In this document: positions 28,001-39,432 of the stretch, piece by piece
Layout of the letters: every line of letters starts with the position of its first letter
Numbering within the stretch: position 1 is the first letter of the stretch
Source of the DNA: Lytechinus pictus
Lineage: Eukaryota
Assembly: GCF_037042905.1 (NCBI RefSeq)
Contig: NC_087251.1
Coordinates: 14,262,001-14,326,000, forward strand
Direction of reading: 5' to 3'
DNA length: 64,000 nt
The notes under the pieces: generated by a model
The model's input: the letters and a program-made list of their open reading frames with translations, nothing else
Databases searched by the model: none
What the model was told of the DNA's origin: nothing
Translations under genes and position numbers: made by a program

Positions 28001-31000
28001 CGGGTCATTTTATTCCCCCTAAAATACCATCTTTGATAAAAAATACCTTGTAGAATCTTATTTTTCATTCAATTCTACTAAGTTGAGGGTGCCAAACATA
28101 CACGTACATCTCTGTTGGTTAATGTATAAATAACATCTTAAGGCATTACCATGGCAATAAAATAACATATAATTTACCCCAAAAATAACATGGCTGACAA
28201 GATAATGGACAGGTGGAAAATACAATAAAATTAACTTAATATGCTTGAATTTATTGATATCAATGTTTACAAATGTGTGTTCTGTTCCCATGGCAACGGG
28301 TCATTTTATTCCCCCTAAAATACCATCTTTGATAAAAAATACCTTGTAGAATCTTATTTTTCATTCAATTCTACTAAATTTAGGGTGCCAAACATACACG
28401 TACATCTCTGTTGTTTAATGTATAAATAACATCTTAAGGCATTACCATGGCAATAAAATAACATTTAATTTACCAAAAAATAACATGGCTGACAAGATAA
28501 TGGACAGGTGGAAAATACAATAAAATTAACTTAATATGCGTAAGGTTTGACCTACTCTTTTAATTTTAAAATCACATTAAGTGTTATGCATGATTTTTTA
28601 CGATATGTTGATTTGGTAATGCTTGAACATAATGATAAATATCAATGTTGCCAATGGTCCCTTAAAAGTACAAATTTTGATAAAAATAATATGTTTATTT
28701 TATTTCCTGGTCCCTTATTTGAGGGTGCTGAACATAAATATGCTAAATGATAAGCACCATCTTATTTCGTTATACATGGCATCGAAATAAGACCTACAAA
28801 AATCTTATCAGACTTTTTTGGGCTCAAATAAATTCCCGAAACTCAAATTTCGAGGCTGGTCAATTTCGTTCAAAGTATTCGCAGGCTGCCATTTTGAAGA
28901 AAGCGTCTTGGTGTGATTTGTGCTTTAAGGCCGTTCATCATATCAATATATAAGGGGATAATAGGCGTTGATAAATCAAAATCAAAAGTCTATCTGAGGA
29001 GTTGACATGGTCTTGAGCTCCTAATCAATGTAAATACAGTAAATCAACTTTTACATGGAAATCATTAAAATTTTGCTTTGTCTGACTGTTTTAGCATAAT
29101 ACTTGGCTCGAAATTTGATGACAAAGAATTATCAAGTATCATCTGCTAGTACGCATTTTAATTTCTGCATATATCAGAAAATTTTTACTTTTTGAAAATT
29201 CCCATCATTTCTTGAAAATTGCCGAAAATTCCTAAAATTCCCACCAAATTCTCGTTTATTCCCATGAAAAGATTCCATCAAGAAAATTCCCGGAAATTCT
29301 GCAACCCTACTCCCCCCAAAAAAAATTATTACCAAGAAAAAAATAAAGAGAACCTGAAAGAGAGATGGATAAAATATGATTATTTTACGAATACTATACC
29401 CAAAATCTTTTACAAAATTTTATTTTTGTACAAAAAAATGAAAAATTTCGAAAGTTTTACTCTTTCGCTGGGCTAGCTGACAACTTTTAAAAATTAATTT
29501 TACTCAATACATCATATCTGGACCCCTCAAAATTACATCACATATTTTGACGAAGAAGATTTTGAAATACTGTGATAATTTTTAAATTAACATAATTATG
29601 AATCTAATCAACATGAAGTATAATCTATTCACTGCTAATTTTACATGATAAGTAGACTTATTAAAATATTTAAATTTTTAAAAATACCCTTACTGGTTGA
29701 AAGGTTGAAAAGAAAAATTAAGTACTCCAGGGTAACAGGAAAATCCAAGATGGTGCCCTCACTGGCTGCCGTAGGCTAAAAATCCACAACTCATCCATTA
29801 CTTGATAAAATGGCTTTAATTTGTTTTTTATTCATTGGTTATTAAGGATCAATAGTACATAGGGCCAAGTTACAGGGACAGCCAGTGGTCTGGAATGTCC
29901 AAAAACATAAGTTGGCTTCAAAAAATTGAATCTAAAATAGTTGCTGATACCTAAAGCGGACGTAGCTCATTTCATATTGGCCTAGGGGAAGTGATTTTGA
30001 CTTTAAATCATTGGTTTCAAGAGTCTAATAATATTAGGAAAAGTTACAACGACAGTCAAGTATATCCGAAAATCCAATATGGCTTCCGAAAATAATTATA
30101 AAATGGCTGCTGATACTTAAAAGTGGAATAGCTCATTTTATATTCACCTGTGAGATATGATTTTGGTGTCTAAACTATGATTTCAAAGGCGAATAATACA
30201 TAAGGACAAGCTACACGGACAGTCGGTGGTCTTGTATGTCCAAAATTCCAAGATGGCTTCCAAAAAAGATATAAAACAATGTCTAATGTTGCTGACAAAT
30301 AAACATAGTTTGTTCAATATCTGTCTGGGGAATATGATTTTGGTGTCTAAACCATATTTTAAAGGGTCAAGTAATGCATTAGGACAAGTTACAAGGACAG
30401 TCGGTGGTTTGGTATGTTAAAAAACGCAAGATGGCTTACAAAATGGGGTCTAAAATTGACTGTTGTTACTTAAAAATTGGCAGAGCTCATTCTATATCCG
30501 CCTGTGAGATGTGATTCTGGTGTCTAAACCATATTTTCAAGAGTCAAATAATACATTAGGACATAGTTTGTTCAATATCTGTCTGGGGAATATGATTTTG
30601 ATGTCTAAACCATAATCATAAAACCATGGTTTAATGCATTAGAACAAGTTACGAGGACAGTCAGTGGACTGGTATGTTAACAAATCCAAGATGGCCTCCA
30701 AAATGGGGTCTAAATTGACTGTTGGTACTTCAATATGGACATAATATAGTTCATTAATAATATAATATGGGGATATGATTTTGATGTCTACACTAGTATT
30801 TAAAGGGTCAAGTAATACTGTACATTTGGTCAAGTTGAAAGGACAGTCGGGTGTCATTATTATGTCAAAAAATTCAAAGATGGCTTGAAAAATGGGGGTT
30901 ATAATGTTACTAAAAAATGGACATAGTACATCAAAAATACACCTGGTGATATTATTTTGGTGTCTACACTAGGGTTTCAAGGATCAAATTATACTTTGGG

Positions 31001-34000
31001 ACTGGTTACAATTGTCCATTTTGCCTGAAAATCCAAGATGGCTTCCATAAATTGGTTCTAAAATGACAACTGTTACTTTGAAGTGGATGTAATATCCACT
31101 TGTGAGAAATAATTTTGGTGCCTACATTCAAAATGCAAGCAGGTAAGAGTTGGCAACAGCACCCATTGATGTAATTTTAGAATCTACCTTGGACTTTGGA
31201 CAAAATTGATAACTAACCATCCTTGTTACTTGTCCTAATGTAATAGTGGACCCTTCATACCACAGTGTAGACACCAAAAATGTTTCTCACATGTTGATGT
31301 TGTATGAACTCAGATAATTTCTGAGTGATATAAGTCATTTTAGATGCCATTTTGAAAATCCTCTTGGATTTTAAAGGAGAATGAAACCCTTGAAACCAGC
31401 TGAATCCATATCAAAGAGAAAAATCAAAGAAACATATTGTTGAAAGTTTGAGGAAGATTGAATGATAATAAGAAAGTTATGAGCATTTGAATATTGAGAT
31501 CACTAATGCCATGTAGATCCTCCCATTGGCAATGCGACCAAGATCTGTGATGTCACACACGTACAACTCCCTCATTACTTTAGTACTTATTTCACTTATA
31601 TTTTCACTTTTATAAAGTCTATCACAAGGTGAGGTGTTCTCTTTATGAGAGGACAAGTACAGAGGTTTCACAACATTATATCATTGATGAATCATTTGTC
31701 ATATGATTAGAATGAGTAAAAAGATATGTTTTGGGGTATATTTTCAGTGTCCAAAAGGGGAGAGTTGTTCATCTGTGACATCATAGATCTTGGTCGCATT
31801 GCCAATGGGAGGATCTCCATAGCATTAGTGATCTCGACATTCAAATGCTCATAACTCTTCTATTGCTAGTCCTATTTTACTCAAATTTTTGTTGATCTTA
31901 TTCATTGATTTTTCTGCTTTCACAAAAGCTAACTTGCTCCAAGAGTTTCATTCTCCTTTAAGGAAAAAATGGACAACTGGATATCATTGTAACCAGTCTA
32001 AACATATTTTTAAAACCTTGAAACCAAAGTGTGAACATCAACAATTTTTTTTCTTGGTGGATTTTAAATGAACTATGTCAAATTTTAAGTAACAGACTCC
32101 GATTAGACTCCAATTGTCGGAAGCCATCTTGGATGTTTAGACACACTAGATTACGGACTGTCCTTGTAACTTGTTCAAATGTACATGATGTATTTACTGA
32201 CATATATTACACGAAATATGTCAATTTGTTAGTAACAGGAGCTATTCCATTTTTGGAAGCCACCTTGGATTTTTGGACAAACTTGACCACTGACTGTCCT
32301 TGTTACTTGTCCTAATGTATTATTTGACCCATTTAACCATGACATAAACATATTCCAGGATATCAAACAAACTACTTTTTTAATGCAGCAACAGCAATTT
32401 TAGACTCCATTTTTGGAAGCCATCTTGGATTTTTTTATATAATGGACAACTGACTGTCCATTCAACTTGTGATAGTGTATTATTTGACCATTGAAACCAT
32501 GGTCTAGACACCAAAATCATATATCTCAGATTGATAGGAAATGACCTATATGTCCATTTATATATCAACAGCCATTTCAAACTCCATTTTTGGAAGCCGT
32601 CTTAGGGTTTTGGACACGTCAGACCACTGGCTGTCCTTGTAACTAGTCCCAATGTACTACTTCACCCTTAAAACATAGAAACCAAATTAAGCCACTGAAA
32701 TTAGATGTTATTTGGTTGTCATGGCAATGACTGAAGTTATTTGTACATCAACAGCAAACATATCTATGCTTTGCATCTTAAAATTAGGGGAAATTTATGA
32801 CAAAATGCAGATTTTAAACTGTTTTTCGATCAAATTTGGTGCTTTTCTTGGGAAAAAAGAGTTGTTGCCATGGCAACGGCCCATTTGCAACATTGATATT
32901 TATCATTAACTTCAAGCATTACCAAGGCAACCTCAAATTTCACCATTCTAATGAACTAATGCGAAACATTGTAATCTTTGTTCAAAATTAAATGACTGGG
33001 TCAAACCTTGAGTTAATTGTTATAAATTGCAGTTTCCACCTGTCCATTATCATGTCAACCATGTTAATTTTTTTTTCAAATTAGATGTTACTTGGTTGCC
33101 ATGACAATGGATTTATATGTTATTTGCATGTTAACAGCAAACATATCTATTCTTACCCTAAAGTTAAGGGAAATGAAAGAAAAATCAGATTATACAGTCC
33201 TTTTAAAAAATCAAAACTGCTACTGTTCTTGGGTAAATGATCCGTTGCTATGGCAACAGGCCATTTGGAACATTGATATTTATCGTTAAATTCAAGTATT
33301 ACCAAGGCAACATCAATGTTTATTATTTTAATTAGTTCATGCAGAACACTGACTGTATTATTTCCCCTAAATTAGTTGAGTAGGTCAGACCTTACGAATG
33401 CACATTAAGTTAATATTCATTGTATCTTTCACCTGTTTTTAACCTTATCATCCACTTTTTAAAAAAATTAGATGTTATTTGGTTGCCATGGCAATGGCTT
33501 AAGATGTTATATTTATAAATTAAGTCACAAACATATCTCGATTAGTACCTTGAAATTGGGGAAAATGGAATGATGATCATACCGTACATGTATTCTACAT
33601 TTTTATCAATATTTTTACCTTTCTAGAGGGAAATAAGCTGTTTCCATGGCAACGGGCCCTTTGTAAAATTGTTCCTTTTTAAATTCAATTCAAGCATTTC
33701 CAAAGCAACATAATATTTTATCTTTATAAAGAACTCCTGCAGAACAATTTTGTATTTTTTGTTCAAATGAGGGGGTCAAAACTTAAGCATACAGATTAAG
33801 TCAATTCCAATTGTATTTTCCACCTATCCATTGTCTTGACAACCATGGTATTTTTGTAAATTAGATGTTATTTGGTTGCCATGGCAATGGCTTGAGATGT
33901 AATTTACACATTTAGCAACCAAAATATCTTTGTTAAGCACTGTAAAATTAGGGGAAAATAAAGATATATCATATTCTACAACTTTTTTTTAACCAAAATG

Positions 34001-35968
34001 TTTATTTTTCTGGGGAAAAACAAGCCGTTGCCATGGCAACGGACCAATTGGAACTATCTTGATGATCTTGAATATTTCTAAATTTCATATGCATTCAATT
34101 GGGAGCCTGAAAATTATCATTTTGGTCATCTATATCATGTTTATTTACCATTTATATGGGAATGTATGTTGTTTTGGAGAAATTAATCCGTTGCCATGGC
34201 AACGGCCGAAAATGGCATTTATAAATTTACCTCCCATCTTTAAAATAAATCTTATGGCATATACTAATACTTGTGAAAGTTTCATGCTTTAGTCAAAATT
34301 TGCACAATTGTTGTGATTTTTGGAGCTAATCCGCTCTACTATAATACAAAGCTCATCAATTTATCGTACAGTTGGATGGGATTGATTATATGTTGTGATC
34401 ACTTTGGTCAATTGTAAGGCATGCAATAAATCAATATGCTTTCTGTTATGGAGTGCAGAAGATTGTTCTATTTTTCCCATTTTGTGTGTGCGTCTTATTG
34501 CCAAAGTGATTCATATCTAATTTTTTTAAATAATATAACTCAATATTACAATATAATTTCCATTACAGAAACTTGTCCATAAAACCACCTGCTTATAAAG
34601 TGTCACCTTTTTTGCCTCCCTTGTGTGGTCTTCATGTACAGGCTTAACTGTATTTCCATCAAACCTTTTTCTCTCTTTCAGACTCTGCATCTAATGTCTA
34701 TCCATCATGTGGTTGGCTGTTTCTTGGCTGGGCACTTCACTACTTACCATTCTACTTAATGGGTAGAGTCCTTTACTTTCATCATTACTTCCCTGCGATG
34801 CTTTTCAGTAGTATGATCACTGGTAAGTCATTGTTCTTTCTTACAGAACTTTAAAGTAGCAGCCTCTGATTATTTTTTTTCATTTGCAGTATTAATCATT
34901 TGATGTAAATTTTGATTCATCTAGGCGAACAATAAATGAAAACCATGAAGAATTCAAAGTTTGTTGAGAAATGGCACCAAAGAGCTTGGCACCATTTTTT
35001 GGTACTAAGTAAATGGGATTAGGGGATGAAAGAGAATGTTGAAAATGCAGGGTGACATAAGTTGCACCCATATCAAATTCTTTTAAATAAAAATTTATGA
35101 CTGCAAATTTCTAAATGAACATTGTTCAACGTGAATCATGACAAAATAATAAAATCATATTAACATCGTATTACACGAGTCATGACATCATTATGATTTA
35201 ATGTGAATCTTCAGACTGTTTTTCTTTAAACCCTGAAGTATTTAGTGTGCATTTAGTAAGATGTTTGGTCTTACCATGTCTGAACAAAATAAAATGTTAC
35301 TGAGCACTGGACTAAGTCTTTACTTTTGGACTTATCATTGATATTTTTTGTACAGGGATCTTTGTGGATCATGTGCTGAAGGTTCTAGAACTGAAGCTAG
35401 GAGGTCGTTTTCCTCACATTCATCAGAGTGGTGTAGTCATAATCCTGGCTATAATCATTCACAGGTAAATAACATGAATGCTCTCTCTAATGAAATGAAA
35501 ATGGAAGCTAGCACACTATCTTTTGAATTTTGTGAACAAAATTTAATGTGATCCACAAATCTGTGTGGATCAAATTAAATTGAATACTGCTATTATGAAA
35601 TACACTGTCCCATTGGTACTAAACTGAAAAATATCAATGCATGATGTTTAAGCAAAGAATTGTAAGATCTCCAAGATTTATGTCTAAATATATCATGAAG
35701 ATTGGTTGCTCCAGAGAAAGATTGGGCATTGGATGATTAGCTCTTTTGTGATATACAAGGGCTATCTTGACATTTTAGGAAGAAGTACATTAAAATTCTT
35801 TATTTACCGGTAATCCCTTTCTTTGGGTTGACTGGTTTTTTGTGTCCATCTTACCATTGCAGTTTCTACCTGTTCCATCCTCTCTCCTATGGAATGATTG
35901 GACCAGTGGCAGACAAACCAGGAAGCCCAATGTCTGGACTCCTCTGGCTCTCTTCATGGGAGTTCTAA
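7281..35968 (+). CDS. POMT2: Protein O-mannosyltransferase 2, spliced gene model (17 coding exons in window, 5' incomplete)
   Basis: Exons bounded by AG/GT splice in one frame (1990 nt). Motifs [37 protein letters not shown]-domain LHSH repeats, [33 protein letters not shown] and C-terminal SWEF* match POMT2 rather than POMT1. Confidence 0.96.
7865..8010. mobile_element. Small hairpin MITE (Harbinger-like)
   Basis: GGCCCATTTCATAAAGAGTTCCAACT ... AGTTGTAACTCTTTATGGAACAGGC inverted termini. Confidence 0.55.
8047..8155 (+). CDS. POMT2: POMT2 exon [37 protein letters not shown]
   Basis: tttag| ... |gtaagc; frame continuous. Confidence 0.92.
8629..8803 (+). CDS. POMT2: POMT2 exon [21 protein letters not shown]...[16 protein letters not shown]
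   Basis: cctag| ... |gtatgg; conserved SQYILLD motif. Confidence 0.94.
9274..9367 (+). CDS. POMT2: POMT2 exon [33 protein letters not shown]
   Basis: gacag| ... |gtaaat; VKxVGLF motif. Confidence 0.94.
9514..9782. mobile_element. PIF/Harbinger-like MITE
   Basis: About 50-bp imperfect TIRs (TCTTACAAAGAGTTACGATTGATCC), CAG on both flanks. Confidence 0.7.
9949..10100. mobile_element. Small hairpin MITE (Harbinger-like)
   Basis: CCGTTTCATAAAGACTTGTTATAATAACAAA / TTTGTTATTGTAACAAGTTTTATGAAACGG. Confidence 0.6.
10212..10318 (+). CDS. POMT2: POMT2 exon [36 protein letters not shown]
   Basis: cacag| ... |gtgaga. Confidence 0.92.
10665..10747 (+). CDS. POMT2: POMT2 exon [29 protein letters not shown]
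   Basis: tgcag| ... |gtaaga; SGxGDGF motif. Confidence 0.94.
10981..14420. mobile_element. 3.4-kb non-autonomous TTAA element filled with ~230-bp tandem repeats
   Basis: ttaa|GGACGTTCCACAGTTA...TAACTGTGGAACGTCC|ttaa. Confidence 0.88.
11810..13980. repeat. Satellite-like array, about 10 units of 215-243 bp with a 699-bp higher-order repeat
   Basis: Recurring CACATGGACCC anchor; ORFs at 12363 and 13062 are near-identical and 699 bp apart. Confidence 0.9.
14964..15073 (+). CDS. POMT2: POMT2 exon G (MIR1): [37 protein letters not shown]
   Basis: tttag| ... |gtagtt. Confidence 0.94.
15691..15821 (+). CDS. POMT2: POMT2 exon [18 protein letters not shown]...[12 protein letters not shown]
   Basis: ctcag| ... 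|gtaagt; MIR domain. Confidence 0.94.
16407..16485 (+). CDS. POMT2: POMT2 exon [27 protein letters not shown]
   Basis: caaag| ... |gtaaga; MIR2 RNLHSH. Confidence 0.93.
16690..21700 (-). mobile_element. Old degenerate L2/CR1-like LINE relic, split by the Rex/Babar insertion
   Basis: Left flank reads ...[21 protein letters not shown] on -, like the post-endonuclease PW..E...K..R..ERKW motif; weak endonuclease-like remnants at 21130-21700. Confidence 0.45.
17114..21125 (-). mobile_element. 5'-truncated Rex1/Babar-like LINE with disrupted ORF2 (about 19195-21123) and long 3' region
   Basis: Motifs [49 protein letters not shown] with stop/frameshifts; 3' end AATAAA plus TCTTGAATC tail; candidate CCAGAA TSD at 17108 and 21126. 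Confidence 0.85.
21889..22040 (+). CDS. POMT2: POMT2 exon [18 protein letters not shown]...[14 protein letters not shown]
   Basis: cacag| ... |gttagt. Confidence 0.94.
22298..23286. mobile_element. hAT-type non-autonomous element
   Basis: 13-bp TIR TAGGCCTGAGTCA; 8-bp TSD CTTAGTAG/CTTAGTAC. Confidence 0.8.
23492..23580 (+). CDS. POMT2: POMT2 exon [30 protein letters not shown]
   Basis: tatag| ... |gtgagt; WGWEQLEV motif. Confidence 0.94.
24176..24252 (+). CDS. POMT2: POMT2 exon [27 protein letters not shown]
   Basis: ttcag| ... |gtaagt. Confidence 0.92.
24795..24866 (+). CDS. POMT2: POMT2 exon [25 protein letters not shown]
   Basis: ttcag| ... |gtaagt. Confidence 0.94.
24882..25062. repeat. 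Compound trinucleotide microsatellite (ATG/ATC/CTG)
   Basis: Read directly; intronic, about 15 nt after the POMT2 exon M donor. Confidence 0.95.
25706..25871 (+). CDS. POMT2: POMT2 exon [28 protein letters not shown]...[11 protein letters not shown]
   Basis: ttcag| ... |gtatgg. Confidence 0.94.
26136..34341. mobile_element. 8.2-kb non-autonomous foldback-type DNA transposon with ~1.1-kb TIRs (possibly Academ-like), copy 1
   Basis: TAGTAGAGCGGATTAGC termini, TAA flanks, mirror ORFs 26175(-) and 34059(+), subterminal repeats with GTTGCCATGGCAAC, inner ~150-bp repeats with TCCAAGATGGC; no transposase seen. Confidence 0.88.
31375..31957. mobile_element. TTAA-flanked MITE, copy 2 (inverted relative to 378-961), nested in the foldback element
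   Basis: Same 64-aa spurious ORF as 664-858; TTAA TSD; empty site in the paralogous element at about 49320-49345. Confidence 0.9.
34682..34822 (+). CDS. POMT2: POMT2 exon [48 protein letters not shown]
   Basis: ttcag| ... |gtaagt. Confidence 0.95.
35356..35464 (+). CDS. POMT2: POMT2 exon [37 protein letters not shown]
   Basis: tacag| ... |gtaaat; phases fit both neighbours. Confidence 0.88.
35863..35968 (+). CDS. POMT2: POMT2 terminal coding exon: [35 protein letters not shown]
   Basis: tgcag| acceptor, TAA at 35966-35968. Confidence 0.94.
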
Positions 35969-35972
35969 TATA

Positions 35973-36091
35973 GGGTTCTGTAACACAAAGATCTGCAATC
36001 AATTGCAAAATGGTAGTGAATGATTATGATCATTGCAATGAGAACCATTGATTGAAATTTGCAATTGATTGTGAATCTTTGTGGTATGGCC
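35973..36091. mobile_element. Hairpin MITE immediately after the POMT2 stop
   Basis: CACAAAGATCTGCAATCAATTGCAAA / TTTGCAATTGATTGTGAATCTTTGTG. Confidence 0.6.
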
Positions 36092-39000
36092 TTGTGATGT
36101 GACTACTTCATCTTCATTCGATCAGTACTATTGACCTCTTGTATCGTGAATATGGACCCGGTTTCACTAGATTTGTTATTACTGATCACTACTCTGATAT
36201 AGAAAACATATGCAAGCCAATCAACACTGCTGCTGGTAAAAACAAAATCTAGTTCAGATTCAAATTAATTTATTTTCAATATTTGTGAATCTTGAATCAT
36301 TTTGAGTGAATTTCGTGTATTTAAAATCGATCATGAACACAAATGCCAAGTTTTGTGAAACTGGATTCAGAATGTTCAAGAGTGTAACCTAAAAGATATG
36401 ATGCTGCATATTTTTGTTATTACGCAATTCTTGTTGAATATTTATGGAGTAGTGCCAAGCTTGCATCATTTAGAGTAAATCTTTATTGTGTCTTACTCAA
36501 GGCATGTATTGATACAAATACTAACTGGAAGGAATATGCAAATGATGTACTTGGAAAAACACTCTGAGAGGGAGATGGTCGGGGGTGGTGCTAGATGATT
36601 GTGATGTTATTTGATCATGTTAATGATAACAAATCTGTGTTTTAGATGTGATACTTTGCCATCATAATCTATTATTTGATTGTAAATCAAGACTGCTTTT
36701 ATCAACAAGGATTTATTTACTTTGGTAGACTTGGTAGATTTTTGAACTTTCAGTTAATGTGTTGTGGCCCTAATGTTTATTGTGCTAATTTACTTATGCC
36801 AATTTTATGCAAATGTGTGCATCTGTGTGCATTTTCCTTTTCCCCTTTGTTTTTGTTTAGAGAGGGTTTTTTTTTTTACTTATAATTGATATAATTTTAG
36901 GAGTAGATGTAAAATGAATACATTATTGCTTGCCTCTGTTGTTGACAAATGAAGTGTGATTGATACATGGAAGAAGTGTGGTTGACAGAGATTAGTAAGT
37001 TTGGACAGGTTATTATTGAATTTTCTACAAAACAGATAGCCACTAAAGTTTATATTTAACAGTATATGTTTATTAGCAAGAAGGGGGTAAATTTTCAAGA
37101 GAATCTTATTTATTAGTTAGGTACGGAAGCCTGTATTGAAGCTCATTTGGGTACAACTCTGAGTCTTTCATATATTTATTGACACATTCATTTGTATGCA
37201 TTACATTACATGAAGTAGATTTGTGTGTGAGTGGGTGTATGTGTAAGGATGTGTTTGCACATAAGGGTGTGTGGGTGACTGGGTATGGGTGTGTCCTTAT
37301 GCATCTCCAGTGTTGAAGTCTTTGAATTACATTTTTTTCAATGCTATTATATTGCTATTCTTTTTAGTTAAAACAGTTTATTTTACCGGTGCTTATGGGT
37401 GTTCTTTTTTGGCCTGCTTTGATTCTTGTTTTTATATTTATTTTTTTTTTTGCTTTGCTGTAACAGTCTATATGTATCTCATGTTTGTACCAGACTTTAA
37501 GTCTGTTTAAAAGATTGTTTTATTTGTTGACCTTCAATGCAGCGTTTTTACTCCTGGGGATAATCTTTTCGTTTTGTGTGTGTTTCTTTTTAAAAGGGGT
37601 GCATGTATTCAAGTTTCAGTGCCCTTTATACAGCTTGCTTTGTTATTTATGGAAATCCTCTTTCATACAGTATTCCATTGTATCAGGTTGGACGTATCCT
37701 GGATTTCATCATGATGGGACTGAGTGGGATGGTTTTACAAGTAAAACAACTTGCTTAAAAGAGGAAGCATTTGCTAACACCCCCCGCCAAAAAAAATATC
37801 TAAACATGCCACAAATAAAAAAAAGTTAACCATTTGATAAATTGAAGCTTAAAAAAGGATAGGCATAATTCCACATTTGGTGGGGGAAGGGCTTCTCTAC
37901 TTTTAGATTAGTCAAATACCAATTTACCATCAACGTCCAAGTTTTATCGCACCAGCCTGCATACTTGGGCTGGGGTCTATGGAAAATGCATGTTATAGCA
38001 TAATCAGCAAGTCTCTATAAATAGGTTGAAATATTGACTCCAAAATTCTGTAATTTTTATAGTCTTTCTACAAGGATTTTAATACAAAATGGGTATATTG
38101 AACTAGTCTTTTTCATCGCATGACGGAGAGGGTGGGGTATTTCATGAAGGGCATGGTCAGTGATTTTCACTGTTAAAAACTACTGAAATCCTTGCATTTG
38201 ATTGACTGAGAGCAGATTTGTCAGGGAAAAGTAACTGATATTGTAAGATGCTTTGTGGAATGCACCTCGGATGCAATATACAAAGATGAGTTACCGAGTT
38301 GGAGATAAAGTACATGTAATAGAAATAATGCACAGTGATTGTCTTGAAAACACAACCAATAACTTTGTAGGCCTACATTATATCATGAAGGAAGTATTTA
38401 ATGATGCTCTTTGGTTAGATCATTGCATAGTTAATTGGTGCTAGTTCTATGTATTTGCCAATGCTCTCAGCTTCCATTATGGTTTGTATTTTAAGTATAA
38501 TTCAGTCCATTTGTCTGCGTCTTTCTAGTCTCTTGTCATTTCATCTATTTAATAATTTAGTGATTTGTATTGTCTCGGTACTGAAATGGAGCAGCGTGAG
38601 TTTTCTACAGCCTGTAATAAATTAATGATAGCAGCAACTCATGGAGTATGTAAACAATTGTGATTATTCATTAGGGAGAATGGAATATGTATATATTTTT
38701 GTTGGAAATGACAGTTTGTCGAATAATAGTATGTATTCAGTTCATTTAGTATTTATTCATTATAGACAATTCATGATCATGCCTAGCTCCTTGACTTATG
38801 TTAATTATTTATTAAACAAAAATGTTTGGCTTAAAACTCAAAGTAGCCTTGAGACAGACTAATGGGGAATTGCAAGAAAGTTGCAATCAATTGCAAGTGA
38901 AGTTCAGGTCACAAAATCAGTCACAAATCTGGCAATTAATTGCAAATCCACACTTGATTACTGGTCTGCTTCTCCACCACTAGTTGTAAAAATGACTTTG

Positions 39001-39329
39001 ATGTAGTTACAATTGATATATTAATTATGGATTAGCAGCATAAATTTTCAATTGATTACAAACATTTTCTTGTGATCTTTGTAGGTTTGCATGGTGGATT
39101 TTAAAACATGGAGAACGTTCACGTTTCACTATGTGTAATGTGAAGAGGGGAAAGGAATTACAGGCAGAAAATTGAAATGGAAAGACTAGAAAGGATGAAG
39201 AGGAAATTAGAGGTATTCTTTTCTTGATAGTGAGTGAAGTCCTGAAGGACTGTAAACCAGATGAGATGAGCTGAATATGGCTTGAGTAGCGATGGTTTGA
39301 GTAGTAGCAGGTTGAAATGAAGAGAGGTT

Positions 39330-39370
39330 ACTCGACGCTTCGGGCAGGTTGATTGTCCGTCTTCAGGAGT
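39330..39370 (-). ncRNA. Degenerate minimal type-I hammerhead ribozyme motif (PLE-type)
   Basis: ACUC-CUGAAGA-CGGACAAUCAACCUGCCC-GAAG-CGUC-GAGU; stem I ACUC/GAGU; core GAAA changed to GAAG. Confidence 0.55.
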
Positions 39371-39396
39371 GGGTATCACCATAAGCTATATGATGT

Positions 39397-39432
39397 ATCC
39401 TGAAGACAGTCAACCTGCCCGAAACGCCGAGT
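39397..39432 (+). ncRNA. Degenerate minimal type-I hammerhead ribozyme motif (PLE-type)
   Basis: UC-CUGAAGA-CAGUCAACCUGCCC-GAAA-CGCC-GAGU; stem II shortened, GUC changed to GCC. Confidence 0.5.
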
